Sequence record: SRR31156797_1568
Length of the DNA: 64,000 nucleotides
Direction: 5' to 3' (one strand)
Position numbers and translations under genes: made by a program. This document shows, piece by piece, positions 8,973 to 20,239 of this stretch. The notes below the pieces were generated by a model. It saw only the letters and a list, made by a program, of their open reading frames with translations, ran no database searches and was not told the origin of the DNA. Position 1 is the first letter of the stretch. Every line of letters begins with the position of its first letter.

Positions 8973-11900
8973 GCAGCCCTAGAGGACCAATCGCCTGGAT
9001 AACAAACAATCATGTGGCGGCTAATCTGCTTATGCTTGTGCTTATTCTGGGCGGTCTTGCAACCTTTACATCTATGAAGACTGAGGTCTTCCCCAGTATC
9101 GAGGTTGATGCAGTCAGTGTTTCTGTTGCATATTCCGGTGCGACACCTTCTGAGGTTGTTGAGGGTGTTATTCTTGTGGTGGAAGATGCAGTTAGCTCAC
9201 TTGAGTGGACTGACAAGGTTACTGCTGTTGCCAGAGAAGGGAGCGGTTCTGTAACTGTTGAGCTTGTAGAGGGGACAGATCGTCAGCAGGCTTATCAGGA
9301 TATTAAGGCAGAGATAGACAGGATTACAACCTTCCCTGATGAGGCGGAGGATCCCGTTGTTTCTCTGGCAAGCAGGAAGAGGTCTGTTGTTGATATCACT
9401 GTATATGGTGAGATGCCGGACCTTGAGCTCAGACATTATGCAGAGAATTTCCGTCAGGAACTGCTTAATAATGATGGAATAACTCTCGTTGAATACGCAT
9501 ACGGCGTAAAAGATAGAGAGATAAGGATAAAAATTCCCGAACGTCAGCTTAGGAAATACGGACTGACGCTTTCAACCGTCGCAAGTAAAATCAGCGATGC
9601 ATCGGTAGACCTTCCAGTCGGTTCACTCGACAGGAATGCAGGCGAGCTTGTTCTTCGTATGAAGGATAAAAGATACTATGCGAAAGACTATGCAGATATA
9701 CCTATCGTTACCGGAGACGGTTCCGGTGCGGTTTTGCTCGGTGATATAGCAGAGATTGTAGAAGGCTTCGAAGACGTAGACATGATAGAGACTTTTAATG
9801 GTCATAAAGGCTTAACTCTCAGAGTTTACCGTGTTGGTGATCAGACCCCGAATAGTATTTCTGCGGCTGTCACTGAGAGTCTTGACAGTTATAAGCTGAA
9901 AGTGCCTGATACAGTTAATATCTCCGTTTGGGATGATGATTCAGAACTTCTCGCTAGCCGTCTCGACCTGCTTAAGCGTAACGCTCTTTTAGGTCTCGCA
10001 CTTGTGCTTGTTATCCTTGCTGTTTTCCTTGAGTTCAGGCTGGCGGTATGGGTTGCCATGGGTATACCTATCTCGTTTTGCGGTGCGATAATGCTCCTTC
10101 CTCATCTCGGCGTATCGATAAACATGATCAGTTCATTTGCATTCATTCTGGCGCTTGGTATCGTTGTGGACGACGCTATTGTTGTCGGCGAAAATATACA
10201 CGCCCACAGGATGATGGGAAAGTCGAAATATAGGGCTGCTGTAGATGGTACACATGAAGTTTTAGGAGCTGTAACCTTTTCTGTGTTAACAACAATTACA
10301 GCTTTTGTTCCTCTCCTTTTTCTTGAGGGACCGATGCGGCTTATCATGGGTGTTATACCTTTTGTCGTTATCTCAGTTCTCATCATATCACTTGTTGAGT
10401 CATTTTTTATCCTTCCTGCGCACCTTAACGGGAAAGAGAAACCTGATGGTGATGAGAGTAAGTTTAAGCGTCCGTCTTTCGGCATAAGGAAGAAGATCAG
10501 AGGCGCACTCGACTATTATATAAACAATGTATACGGCAGAACAATGAAGTATATTATTAACTATAGATACGTCACAATCGCAGTTTTTGTAGCCATGATG
10601 TTGATCACTTTCGGCTATATCAAATCTGGAAATATGAAATTTACTTTCATGCCTAAGGTCGAGAGAGACACAATCAGAGCGACTATCACAATGCCTTCAG
10701 GCGTTAACGTTGAAAAACTGAGCAAAGTCATCGAACTTATTGAAAAGAAAGCTAAAATGGTCGATAAGAAACTTCAGGAAGAGAAGAGCTTTGACAAATC
10801 ATATATTGATTTCGTTATATCTGGTAATAAATCCAATTCGAGCGGACGTGTTAATATCGCTCTGCTCCCGTCTGAAGAGAGGAATATTTCAACCACTGAG
10901 TTTAAAAACAGACTTAGAAAGGCTGTGGGTAACGTGCCGGGCGTGGATTCTCTAATCTATTCATCAAGCGGACTAAGATTTGGCGATAACCTTGATATAC
11001 GTTACGCCCACACAGATCAAGAGGTGCTCACAAAAGTTGCTGATGAGATGAAAGCTAAGCTTGGAACCTATGCAGATGTAAACGATATAAGCGACACTTT
11101 CGAGACAGGTAAATCTGAGCTGAAGTTTAAAGTTAATGACCTTGGAAGACAGTATGGTCTTACTAACAATGAGATAGGGCGTCAGGTCAGAGCTGCATTT
11201 AAAGGAACTACAGCACTTAAATTTCAGCGTGGACTTGATGAAGTCACTGTCAGAGTCGAGTATCCTGATAATGAAAAGAGTGGACTTGATAACCTGATGG
11301 ATATGTATATTAAGACATCAAGCGGGAAGGAGTTTCCTTTCTATATGGTGGCTGAACACGAGTATGGCAGAGGACTTGCGAGTATAAAGAGAACGAACAG
11401 GAAGCAGGTTGTGAACGTTACTGCATCAGCAGACGGCAGTGCAAACCCTGCTGAGATTATGTCTGATTTGACAGCTAGCTTTTTGCCCGACCAGACGGCT
11501 AAATACAGCGGTCTTACGTGGCGATTCGAAGGTGAGGAAGAGAGGAAGCAAGAAGCTCTTGGCGGTATAATTGGCTTTCTGCCTATAGCTCTGCTCATTA
11601 TGTATGCTCTTCTTGCGATACCTTTCAGAAGCTACGTTCAGCCGATTATTGTATTGATATCAATACCTTTCGGTTTAGCTGGTGCTGTGTGGGGACATAT
11701 GCTTTTCGGTATGAATCTCTCTATGATGTCTGTTTTTGGTATGGTCGCTGTCGCTGGTGTTGTTGTAAACGACTCACTTGTTCTGGTAGATTTTATCAAT
11801 AAGTATGTTAAGGCAGGTCAGGTAGATGTCGCTACGGTTATTGAAGCGGGTAAGAGGCGTTTCAGACCTATCCTTATGACATCGCTTACTACATTTTTTG

Positions 11901-12061
11901 GTCTTATGCCGATGATGATGGAGACATCCACACAGGCTAAGTTTCTTGTGCCTATGGCCGTATCTCTGGCATTCGGTGTATTATTTACAACGTTTGTAGC
12001 GCTCATTCTTGTGCCGTGTATCTACATGACAATTGAGGATGTGAAGAATATATACAGATAA
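8969..12061 (+). CDS. RND efflux permease (AcrB family)
   Basis: 1030 aa; GIVVDDAIVVGEN and RFRPILMTSLTT. Confidence 0.95.
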   Translation: MSSPRGPIAWITNNHVAANLLMLVLILGGLATFTSMKTEVFPSIEVDAVSVSVAYSGATPSEVVEGVILVVEDAVSSLEWTDKVTAVAREGSGSVTVELVEGTDRQQAYQDIKAEIDRITTFPDEAEDPVVSLASRKRSVVDITVYGEMPDLELRHYAENFRQELLNNDGITLVEYAYGVKDREIRIKIPERQLRKYGLTLSTVASKISDASVDLPVGSLDRNAGELVLRMKDKRYYAKDYADIPIVTGDGSGAVLLGDIAEIVEGFEDVDMIETFNGHKGLTLRVYRVGDQTPNSISAAVTESLDSYKLKVPDTVNISVWDDDSELLASRLDLLKRNALLGLALVLVILAVFLEFRLAVWVAMGIPISFCGAIMLLPHLGVSINMISSFAFILALGIVVDDAIVVGENIHAHRMMGKSKYRAAVDGTHEVLGAVTFSVLTTITAFVPLLFLEGPMRLIMGVIPFVVISVLIISLVESFFILPAHLNGKEKPDGDESKFKRPSFGIRKKIRGALDYYINNVYGRTMKYIINYRYVTIAVFVAMMLITFGYIKSGNMKFTFMPKVERDTIRATITMPSGVNVEKLSKVIELIEKKAKMVDKKLQEEKSFDKSYIDFVISGNKSNSSGRVNIALLPSEERNISTTEFKNRLRKAVGNVPGVDSLIYSSSGLRFGDNLDIRYAHTDQEVLTKVADEMKAKLGTYADVNDISDTFETGKSELKFKVNDLGRQYGLTNNEIGRQVRAAFKGTTALKFQRGLDEVTVRVEYPDNEKSGLDNLMDMYIKTSSGKEFPFYMVAEHEYGRGLASIKRTNRKQVVNVTASADGSANPAEIMSDLTASFLPDQTAKYSGLTWRFEGEEERKQEALGGIIGFLPIALLIMYALLAIPFRSYVQPIIVLISIPFGLAGAVWGHMLFGMNLSMMSVFGMVAVAGVVVNDSLVLVDFINKYVKAGQVDVATVIEAGKRRFRPILMTSLTTFFGLMPMMMETSTQAKFLVPMAVSLAFGVLFTTFVALILVPCIYMTIEDVKNIYR

Positions 12062-12062
12062 T

Positions 12063-12088
12063 AAAAAAGGGGAGCTTTTGCTCCCCTT
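12063..12088. terminator. Terminator between convergent RND and lysA
   Basis: AAAAAAGGGGAGC-tttt-GCTCCCCTT. Confidence 0.8.
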
Positions 12089-12170
12089 GTAATTTATATC
12101 AGTCGAATGTAATGAGACGTAAAGCGTGGAAGTAAATTATACTTTCACAGCCTTGTGTCTATGCAGAAGA

Positions 12171-13409
12171 TCATATCTTCAATGTAGCGAAGAGATCGTC
12201 ATAAGTCTCTGCTCTTCTTATCATTACAGCAGTTTTATCTTCCTTAAGCAGAAGCTCAGCGGAGCGGAGTTTACCGTTATAGTTGAATCCCATTGAGTGT
12301 CCGTGTGCCCCTGTGTCGTGGATAACAACTATATCGCCTGTTTCTATCTCAGGTAATTGCCTGTCCACAGCGAACTTGTCACAGTTTTCGCAGAGTGAGC
12401 CGACAACGTCATAAGTTTTATCAGCCTTAGCATTCTCTTTACCCATCACTGTCACATGGTGATATGAGCCGTACATTCCCGGTCTCATGAGGTTTGCCAT
12501 GCATCCGTCAACGCCGATGTACTCTTTATATGTACTTTTTGAGTGTATAGCCTCTGTCACGAGGTAGCCGTAAGGACCAGTAACCATACGTCCGCACTCG
12601 AAGTATATTTCAGGTTTAAGCCCTTGTGAACCGAGTATTTCATCATATTTAACTTTAATTTTTTCGCCGAGCTCTTCGAGATTGACCTCATCCTGTTCAG
12701 GCTTGTAAGGGATACCTATACCGCCGCCGAGGTTGATGAAATCGAGTGTGATACCAACGTCTTTAGCGATCTTAGCAGCCATCTCAAAGAGGAGGACAGC
12801 AGTTTCAACGAAGTAGTCAACATTAAGCTCATTTGATGCGACCATAGTGTGCATACCAAATTTCTTAACGCCTTTATCTTTCATTATTTTATAAGCTTCA
12901 AACATCTGCTCGGTTGTGAGTCCGTATTTTGCATCCTCAGGATTACCGATGATGTCGTTACCGCCTTTAAGTGGTCCGGGGTTATACCTGAAGCAGATAG
13001 TCTCAGGGAGACCTGCGCATTTCTCAAGATATTCGATGTGAGTGATATCGTCCAGATTAATGACAGCTTTCTGATCCATAGCCTTCTGGTATTCATATTC
13101 TGGTGTTTCGTTTGAGGTGAACATGATATCGTCACCGCTTACGCCCACCATATCGCATATGTGAAGCTCAGCCATAGAGCTACAGTCAGCGCCGAAGCCT
13201 TCATCGACAAGAAGCTTGAGTATAGAAGGATTCGGAAGAGCCTTAACCGCATAATAATTCTTGAAATTCGGTGCCCACTCGAAAGCTTTTTTAAACCTTC
13301 TGGCGTTCTCAACTATAGCCTTTTCATCGTAAATGTGGAAAGGCGTAGGGAATTTCTCTATGATTTTTTCTATTTGTTCTTTTGTAAATGGTACATTTTT
13401 ATCTGACAT
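12171..13409 (-). CDS. lysA: Diaminopimelate decarboxylase
   Basis: YAVKA PLP lysine, NLGGG, ECGR, GSLCENCD, DTGAHGHSMGFNYN. Confidence 0.92.
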   Translation of the reverse strand: MSDKNVPFTKEQIEKIIEKFPTPFHIYDEKAIVENARRFKKAFEWAPNFKNYYAVKALPNPSILKLLVDEGFGADCSSMAELHICDMVGVSGDDIMFTSNETPEYEYQKAMDQKAVINLDDITHIEYLEKCAGLPETICFRYNPGPLKGGNDIIGNPEDAKYGLTTEQMFEAYKIMKDKGVKKFGMHTMVASNELNVDYFVETAVLLFEMAAKIAKDVGITLDFINLGGGIGIPYKPEQDEVNLEELGEKIKVKYDEILGSQGLKPEIYFECGRMVTGPYGYLVTEAIHSKSTYKEYIGVDGCMANLMRPGMYGSYHHVTVMGKENAKADKTYDVVGSLCENCDKFAVDRQLPEIETGDIVVIHDTGAHGHSMGFNYNGKLRSAELLLKEDKTAVMIRRAETYDDLFATLKI

Positions 13410-13559
13410 ATTTGTATCCTATCTTATTGTTTTAAAAGTCGATATAATTAACATAATATTAAGACTTTTTCAATACTATTCTAATCTGGGTAAAATATAG
13501 CTATTGTAATTATTCTGAAATATGGGAAAATATAACTAGTTAAATTTTCGGGGATAAAT

Positions 13560-15458
13560 ATGGACGCCGTATACATTAATGTGATGTGGGTGCTCATAGG
13601 CAGTTTCCTTGTTGCATTGATGCAGGCAGGCTTTGCCTGCTTGGAAACCGGCTTTGTGCGCTCTAAAAACAATGTCAATGTTGCGGTAAAAAATCTCATG
13701 GACTTTTGCATAAGCGCCACGGCATTTACTATCCTTGGCTACAGCATTATGTTCGGTGAGTCTTTTTACGGCATTATTGGCGAAATAAAACTTGTCAGAA
13801 TAGCTGAGCTTTCAATGGAGGAGATCTCCTTCTACGTCTTTCAGCTCATGTTCGCTGGTACTGCTGCCACTATCATCTCTGGTGCTGTTGCTGAGCGCAT
13901 GAAATTCTCTGGTTATATCATTGTTACAATTGCACTTTCTTTAATAATTTATCCTGTTTGCGGACATTGGGTTTGGGCATATGCTGCTGATGGTTCTGCG
14001 TCAGGCTGGCTTGCTAAGTTCGGTTTTATAGATTTTGCTGGTTCTACAGTGGTTCACAGTGTTGCCGGCTGGTGCGCTTTGGCGGCTGTTATGATAATAG
14101 GACCGAGGCTAGGTCGTTTCGGAAAGGATGGCAGACCTATTGATGGTCAGAATCTACCTGTTGCTGTTCTTGGTGTTTTCCTTTTATGGATAGGCTTTTA
14201 CGGGTTTAATGGCGGTAGTACATTAGAGTTTAATGACAAGGTTCCTATAATCATAGTTAACACTACTCTCGCTGGTGCTGCCGGCGGAATCTCAGCTATG
14301 ATATATAGCTGGTATAAAAACAAGATTCCAAAAGTCGAGCATATAATAAACGGCTCTGTGGCGGGGCTTGTCGCTATTTGTGCCGGGTGTAATCTCTTTG
14401 ATGTTTTGGGGAGCTTTACAGTTGGATTTGTTGCAGGATTGATCTGTGTTTGGAGTATGTATTTAATGGAGCGCAGAGAGATTGATGACGTTATAGGAGC
14501 TGTTCCTGCGCACCTTGTAGCTGGGATGTGGGGCACATTTGCAATCGCATTTTTTGCTCCGATAGAATCTTTTCCTGTCGCTTTAAACAGATTTGAGCAG
14601 TTTGGAATTCAGATCATCGGAGTTGTAGCAATCGGAGTTTACTCCTTTACTGTTATTTACTTAGGTATGAAAGCTATCGGCTTTATATTCGAATTCAGAG
14701 TATCTAAAGATGATGAGAGGTTAGGACTTAATATCTCTGAGCATGGGGCATCTACAAGCCTCATTGAGCTTATAAGCCAGATGAATCTTCAGGCTAGAAG
14801 CGGTGACTTTTCTAAATATGTTGAAATAGAGCCTGAGACCGAAGCTGGGCATATCGCAACTTTCTATAACTCCGTACTTGATAAGTTCCACATGGAGTCT
14901 GAGCGTAGACAGAAGGCTATGGACAAGCTCTTTAGAATGGCGAACTATGATGTTCTCACTAACCTTGTAAACCGCAGATACTTCTATGATCTTGCGGATA
15001 AATCTTTGAGCAGAACGAAGAGAAGCGGTAAAAAACTTGGGCTATTTTATCTCGATCTTGATGGATTTAAGAAAGTTAACGATACCCTTGGGCATGAGGC
15101 TGGTGATGAACTGCTTACTCTTGTCGCTGAGAGAGGGCTGAGTATCCTGCGCGAGTCTGATGTTTTCGGGCGTGTGGGCGGTGATGAATTCTGTATCATC
15201 GTTGAAAATTTTGAATCAGAGAAGGATCTTACGCTTCTCGCTAAGAAGGTTATTAAAACACTATCTGAAACCTATTCTCTGAAAGCTGCAAAGGCTAACA
15301 TAGGCGTTTCTATAGGTATCGCTGTTTACGACGGCTCTATAGGTCGCAATATGACTCCTGATGATCTTGTGAAAATGGCTGATAAGGCTATGTATAAGAT
15401 AAAGACAGGCTCTAAAGGTGATTTCGCATTTTATGACTCCGAAGACGTCAAAAAATAG
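13560..15458 (+). CDS. Ammonium transporter (Amt)-GGDEF fusion
   Basis: Amt motifs MQAGF..LETG, DFAGSTVVH, GPRLGRF, GFNGGS, HLVAG; C-terminal DLDGFK..ND..GH..GD and GGDEF. Confidence 0.92.
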   Translation: MDAVYINVMWVLIGSFLVALMQAGFACLETGFVRSKNNVNVAVKNLMDFCISATAFTILGYSIMFGESFYGIIGEIKLVRIAELSMEEISFYVFQLMFAGTAATIISGAVAERMKFSGYIIVTIALSLIIYPVCGHWVWAYAADGSASGWLAKFGFIDFAGSTVVHSVAGWCALAAVMIIGPRLGRFGKDGRPIDGQNLPVAVLGVFLLWIGFYGFNGGSTLEFNDKVPIIIVNTTLAGAAGGISAMIYSWYKNKIPKVEHIINGSVAGLVAICAGCNLFDVLGSFTVGFVAGLICVWSMYLMERREIDDVIGAVPAHLVAGMWGTFAIAFFAPIESFPVALNRFEQFGIQIIGVVAIGVYSFTVIYLGMKAIGFIFEFRVSKDDERLGLNISEHGASTSLIELISQMNLQARSGDFSKYVEIEPETEAGHIATFYNSVLDKFHMESERRQKAMDKLFRMANYDVLTNLVNRRYFYDLADKSLSRTKRSGKKLGLFYLDLDGFKKVNDTLGHEAGDELLTLVAERGLSILRESDVFGRVGGDEFCIIVENFESEKDLTLLAKKVIKTLSETYSLKAAKANIGVSIGIAVYDGSIGRNMTPDDLVKMADKAMYKIKTGSKGDFAFYDSEDVKK

Positions 15459-15480
15459 TCAATCCGTGCTATAATTACTC

Positions 15481-16587
15481 ATGTTTAAAAGAATTCTAGT
15501 TTCCAGACAGAACAGATTTATGCTGATGCTTGTGCTGTCGGTAAATGTAATGATGTTTGCCAGTGCCAGTATCTTTTATGTTCTGGAGCATGAAAAACTT
15601 AATTCATTCTTTGAGGCTGTGTGGTGGTCGATAGTGACCATCTCTACGGTGGGCTATGGAGATATTGTCCCTGCCAGTCCGGCTGGGAAGATGCTTGGCG
15701 TGGCTGTTATAGGTTCAGGATTTCTTATGCTAAGCATGACCACTGCACTTGCATCCAGTATCCTCATATCAAGAAAGCTTAAACAGGAGAGAGGCTTGAG
15801 CGAAGTTACATTTAAAAACCACACAATACTCTGCGGTTGGAACAAAACCTCAGAAAGCGTACTGGACGAGCTATACCGCAGTAACGATGACCTCTCGGTT
15901 GTACTCATAAACACACTGCCTGAAGAGGAGATAGAAGAGATTCTGTTCAACAATAAATCACGCAGGATACAGTTTGTGCGAGGTGATTTTCTCAGTGAGC
16001 ATATCCTCGACAGAGCGAATGTCTCTAGGGCGGCTGTGGTCATAATTACTCCTGATGGCGATGATGGTGTGGATGATAAAACGGTTCTTGCGGGGTATAC
16101 GATCAGAGCGATCAACCAGAAGGCTAAAATATTTGCACATATAAAGAATCACGAATCTGTCCAGCACCTTAAGAAAGCTAATGTTGACGATTATGTACTA
16201 TCTGATTCAAATGTGAGCTTTATGCTTGGGCATATGGTGACAGACCCAGGTGTACCACAATCATTACGCATGCTCCTTGGTGGTGATGGCGGGCACGGGG
16301 TCAGCAGAGTGAAGGTTCCGAATGAGTTTATTGGTAAGCCTTTCATCGAGCTATTAATGCATCTTCGGAAGCGTGGCTTGACCGCTATTGGACTTATGAG
16401 GGAGACAGAGAGCCTCAGCCTCAAAAATGTTCTTTCTGAAAATGACTCTTATCTGGATGAGTTTATTGCTATGAAGTTTAAAAAAGCTGGAAAAGTGATA
16501 AAGGACTCCAGCAAAACAGAGATTAAGCTTAATCCTTCCGACAGTGAACTGATTGAAAAAGAGACATATGCAATAGTGATGAGATGA
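15481..16587 (+). CDS. Potassium channel protein with RCK domain
   Basis: Selectivity filter TVGYGD between two TM helices; C-terminal TrkA-N/RCK-like region. Confidence 0.9.
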   Translation: MFKRILVSRQNRFMLMLVLSVNVMMFASASIFYVLEHEKLNSFFEAVWWSIVTISTVGYGDIVPASPAGKMLGVAVIGSGFLMLSMTTALASSILISRKLKQERGLSEVTFKNHTILCGWNKTSESVLDELYRSNDDLSVVLINTLPEEEIEEILFNNKSRRIQFVRGDFLSEHILDRANVSRAAVVIITPDGDDGVDDKTVLAGYTIRAINQKAKIFAHIKNHESVQHLKKANVDDYVLSDSNVSFMLGHMVTDPGVPQSLRMLLGGDGGHGVSRVKVPNEFIGKPFIELLMHLRKRGLTAIGLMRETESLSLKNVLSENDSYLDEFIAMKFKKAGKVIKDSSKTEIKLNPSDSELIEKETYAIVMR

Positions 16588-17090
16588 ACATGAATTCAGA
16601 TATTATAAAGAGATCACCCCTTTTTAAAAATGTTTCAGATGGTACAGTATCTAAACTTGCTAATTGTGTAAGGGAGTTATCATACTCTGAGGGGTATAAC
16701 ATTATTAGAGACGGTGAGAAAGGGTGTTGCCTCTACCTTTTAAAGAGCGGTACTGTTTCTGTATCAAAAAAGCTTACTATGCTTGAAGACAGCGAACTTG
16801 ATGTTATGGATAAAGAACTTAAGCACTTTAGCGCTGATCAGAATGCATTTTTTGGTGAAATGGTGATAGCTAGCGGGGAAGATATTCGTTCTGCGACAGT
16901 AACTTCTGTTACTGACTGTGTGATACTGGAACTGAGCAGTGAAGATATAAATAAGGTACTTGCTGAGGATCCGGTGTCTGCTTCAAGTTTTTATAAGAAT
17001 CTCACTATTATGCTCTCTGATAGGCTTAGGAAGTCAAATATGGACGTACTAAAACTAACAACAGCACTCAGCTTAGCCTTGGACGAATGA
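16584..17090 (+). CDS. Stand-alone cyclic nucleotide-binding domain protein
   Basis: PLF, IIRDGE..LYLLKSG.V, FFGEM, RSATV; no HTH. Confidence 0.85.
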   Translation: MNMNSDIIKRSPLFKNVSDGTVSKLANCVRELSYSEGYNIIRDGEKGCCLYLLKSGTVSVSKKLTMLEDSELDVMDKELKHFSADQNAFFGEMVIASGEDIRSATVTSVTDCVILELSSEDINKVLAEDPVSASSFYKNLTIMLSDRLRKSNMDVLKLTTALSLALDE

Positions 17091-17091
17091 T

Positions 17092-18000
17092 TTAGTAAAA
17101 AGTAACTTTATTTTTACCTGTGTTCTTAGATTCATACATCGCACAGTCAGCTCTTTTAATGAGAGAATTGATGTCGTCAGACTCGTTTATCTTAGCGCAA
17201 CCTATTGACACCGTGACAGAAATATCCTTACCTTCTATGTTGATCCAGCTTTTCTCCGTGAACTGTCTAAGCCTTTCGCCTACAACTCTGGTGGCTTTAT
17301 CAGTAAGGTTTGGTGAAATTACAATAAATTCCTCACCACCCCATCTACAGGCGATATCCATGGATCTGAGTGCACCTACAAAGGTTTTTGATACCATCTG
17401 GAGGACCTTGTCACCCTCATCATGGCCGTATGTATCGTTTACTTCTTTGAAGTTGTCTATATCGATGAAGAATATGGTAAAAGGTATCTTTAGCTCACGC
17501 CATTCATTAATTCTTCTTTCAAGGCTTATCTGCCCGTATTTGCGATTACCTATATTCGTGAGTGGGTCGGTATAAGCTTCTTCTTTAAGCTTTTCCAGCT
17601 CACAAATCAGCTCGCCGTGAGTATTTTTTGATAGATCGTAGAACATCTCAACTGCACCAATAATTTCGCCGTTGTCAGATGCTATGGGAGCCACACGTGT
17701 AAAAACATGAACCCTGTGTCCTGATTTATGATGCAGGAAAATAGCCTTTTCTTTTGTCTGATTTTTGTTAACAGCGTCTGATAACGGACAGTTATTTAAG
17801 CAAAGCTCATTTCCACTGTCATCAATGTGCCTAAGGATATTGTCTGAACAGCTCTTGCCTATGACATCATCTCTGCTGTAACCTGTAATTATCTCAGCAG
17901 CTCTGTTCCAATAAGTAATAACTCTTTCCTTATCAACATAATAAATGCCTTCGGAAAGATTCTCCAAAATATTTTGATAAACTTTTTCAGTAACAATCAT
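17092..18000 (-). CDS. PAS-domain diguanylate cyclase
   Basis: PAS (YWNRAAEIITGY) plus RWGGEEF. Confidence 0.92.
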   Translation of the reverse strand: MIVTEKVYQNILENLSEGIYYVDKERVITYWNRAAEIITGYSRDDVIGKSCSDNILRHIDDSGNELCLNNCPLSDAVNKNQTKEKAIFLHHKSGHRVHVFTRVAPIASDNGEIIGAVEMFYDLSKNTHGELICELEKLKEEAYTDPLTNIGNRKYGQISLERRINEWRELKIPFTIFFIDIDNFKEVNDTYGHDEGDKVLQMVSKTFVGALRSMDIACRWGGEEFIVISPNLTDKATRVVGERLRQFTEKSWINIEGKDISVTVSIGCAKINESDDINSLIKRADCAMYESKNTGKNKVTFY

Positions 18001-18363
18001 ACCTGCTCACCTTTACTATAGAATTAAGATTAACATACTTTAGTAGCTATTTAAAGAGTATAATTTTAGTCTTATTGTAAAATATTCATAGGTATGGTTA
18101 AATTTTAATTTTTGCATATTTATTTGTGATGAAATCAAGGATGGTATTGCGTAAAATACTTATGGTGTAAACTATTTTCTGTTTGGTCTTATATATGTAC
18201 ACTTAAGAACATATTTGGGGGCTTTTGTTGATTTTATCTATATTAGAACTATACACGATGTTAAATACTTATAAATTGTCTGCAATATCATCTAATTATG
18301 TTGTTAAAGCCCTAAACATACTCTATACTCAATATTATTAAACTTATTAGATAATTATTTAAA

Positions 18364-20202
18364 ATGAACAACAAATTTTTTCTTACAGTTTTCTTTATTT
18401 TTACTATATCCATTTTACAGGTGGTGAATCTTAACGCCTATCCAATGAAAGTTTATGACTCTAAGGATAGCTTTGATCTTGGGGTATCTGTGGAGTATTT
18501 AGAAGATGTAGAGTCTGAATTCAGCCTCAGAGATGTCATACATATGGACACAGAAAATAAATTTACGACATCAGCTACCCTTCCTCTTAATTTTGGCTAT
18601 TCAAAAAGCACTTATTGGGTGAAATTTTCAGTTTTTGGTCAGACAGTATCTAAATCTGGTTGGGTTTTAGATATCCCTTATGCACCACTTGATTTTGTAA
18701 CTCTTTACGCACCTAACGGTTCCGGCGGTTTTAACAGGCTGCAGAGTGGTGATAGGGTTTATATGAGAGATAAGCCGGTTGAGTTTAGAAATCCTGTGTT
18801 TAATCTTGGCGATAACCTTATACCTTACAGTTACTACTACTTAAAAGTATCATCAGGCGGATCAGTTAATTTACCTATATTCCTTTGGACAGGGGCAGGT
18901 TTTACAGAGTATGTTAATATATCTCAGACAGGGATGGGTGTTTATTACGGAATCATGATCGCGCTTCTTTTATATAATATTTTTCTCTTTTTATACGTCA
19001 GAGATAAGGACTTTTTTCTCTGCTCTATGGTTATACTCACACACGCATTGACTCAGGGGATATATAGCGGTATGGCTACACTTTTTATCTGGCCAGACTG
19101 GATATGGTGGGCTAATAATAGTTTACCGATATCATCTGTTGTTATGTTCATGTGTATTGCTGTTTTTACTAAATCTTTCCTAAATCTTAAGAAACTAGCT
19201 CCTAAGCTTAATGTTCTTATGAAAGGTTTTATCGCTTTTTATATTTGTCAGCTTATTGGCTATTTTATTATAGGCTACCGGATGACTAGTGTTATAGCTA
19301 TATATTCCAGCATCCTTCTGATACTGAGTGTTTTCATTACAGGAATGGTGGTTTACTCGAGAGGATATAAGGCGGCGAGGTTCCTGCTTGTCGGCTGGAC
19401 TGCGTTTCTTATCGGGCTAGCGCTTCTTCTGCTAAAACTTATTGGTATTTTGCCTCACGTTTTTATCACAGAGTATTCTGTACAGATAGGTTTTACATTC
19501 ACTGCAGTTTTCTTATCCTTTGCGCTTACAGACAGGGTTAGCATTCTACGCAGAGATAAAGAGGCAGCGCAGCAGGTATTGCTTGATAAGCTTAAAGAAT
19601 CAGAACAGATGAAAAGTACCTTCCTTGATGAAGCAGAGAGGCTTGTTGAGAGGCGTACAAAAGAGCTTGAGGGAGCTAATCAGAAGCTTACTGAGCTTGC
19701 ATCGGTCGATGTGCTTACGGGGCTATATAATAGAAGAGTTTTTAACGAAACCATCGATATGGAGTTTAATAGGGCTAAGCGTTCTGGGCAGGTGGTTTCT
19801 CTTGTTCTTATAGATATAGATTTTTTTAAGAATTATAACGATTATTACGGTCATATTGAGGGTGATAACTGCCTTAAAAAAATGGCCGATATATTTAAGT
19901 ATTCAATTAACAGATCAACAGATATTCTCTCTAGATACGGTGGCGAAGAGTTCGCTCTGATACTTAGCGGCACGGGTACTCACGGGGCAGAAAAGATAGC
20001 AGAAGACATAAGATATACTGTAGAGGAAGCTGAAATTCCACACAAGATGTCACCTTTAGGTCATGTTACAATTAGCTGTGGAGTCGTTAGCAGTATCCCG
20101 GTAATGAATGAAAGAATAGAAGATTTTATAAACAAGGCAGACCAGGCTCTTTACAAAGCAAAAAATGCTGGCAGAAATAAAGTAGCAATAAGCGGTTACT
20201 GA
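18364..20202 (+). CDS. 7TMR-DISM diguanylate cyclase
   Basis: Periplasmic LNFGYS..YWV region, about 7 TM helices, RYGGEEF. Confidence 0.9.
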   Translation: MNNKFFLTVFFIFTISILQVVNLNAYPMKVYDSKDSFDLGVSVEYLEDVESEFSLRDVIHMDTENKFTTSATLPLNFGYSKSTYWVKFSVFGQTVSKSGWVLDIPYAPLDFVTLYAPNGSGGFNRLQSGDRVYMRDKPVEFRNPVFNLGDNLIPYSYYYLKVSSGGSVNLPIFLWTGAGFTEYVNISQTGMGVYYGIMIALLLYNIFLFLYVRDKDFFLCSMVILTHALTQGIYSGMATLFIWPDWIWWANNSLPISSVVMFMCIAVFTKSFLNLKKLAPKLNVLMKGFIAFYICQLIGYFIIGYRMTSVIAIYSSILLILSVFITGMVVYSRGYKAARFLLVGWTAFLIGLALLLLKLIGILPHVFITEYSVQIGFTFTAVFLSFALTDRVSILRRDKEAAQQVLLDKLKESEQMKSTFLDEAERLVERRTKELEGANQKLTELASVDVLTGLYNRRVFNETIDMEFNRAKRSGQVVSLVLIDIDFFKNYNDYYGHIEGDNCLKKMADIFKYSINRSTDILSRYGGEEFALILSGTGTHGAEKIAEDIRYTVEEAEIPHKMSPLGHVTISCGVVSSIPVMNERIEDFINKADQALYKAKNAGRNKVAISGY

Positions 20203-20239
20203 TTGTCATTAAGCGGCACTTCTGACATAATTTCAAATT

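Noticed and set aside
13410-13559. Lysine riboswitch upstream of lysA
   Set aside because: Region is short, AT-rich and lacks the conserved structure.
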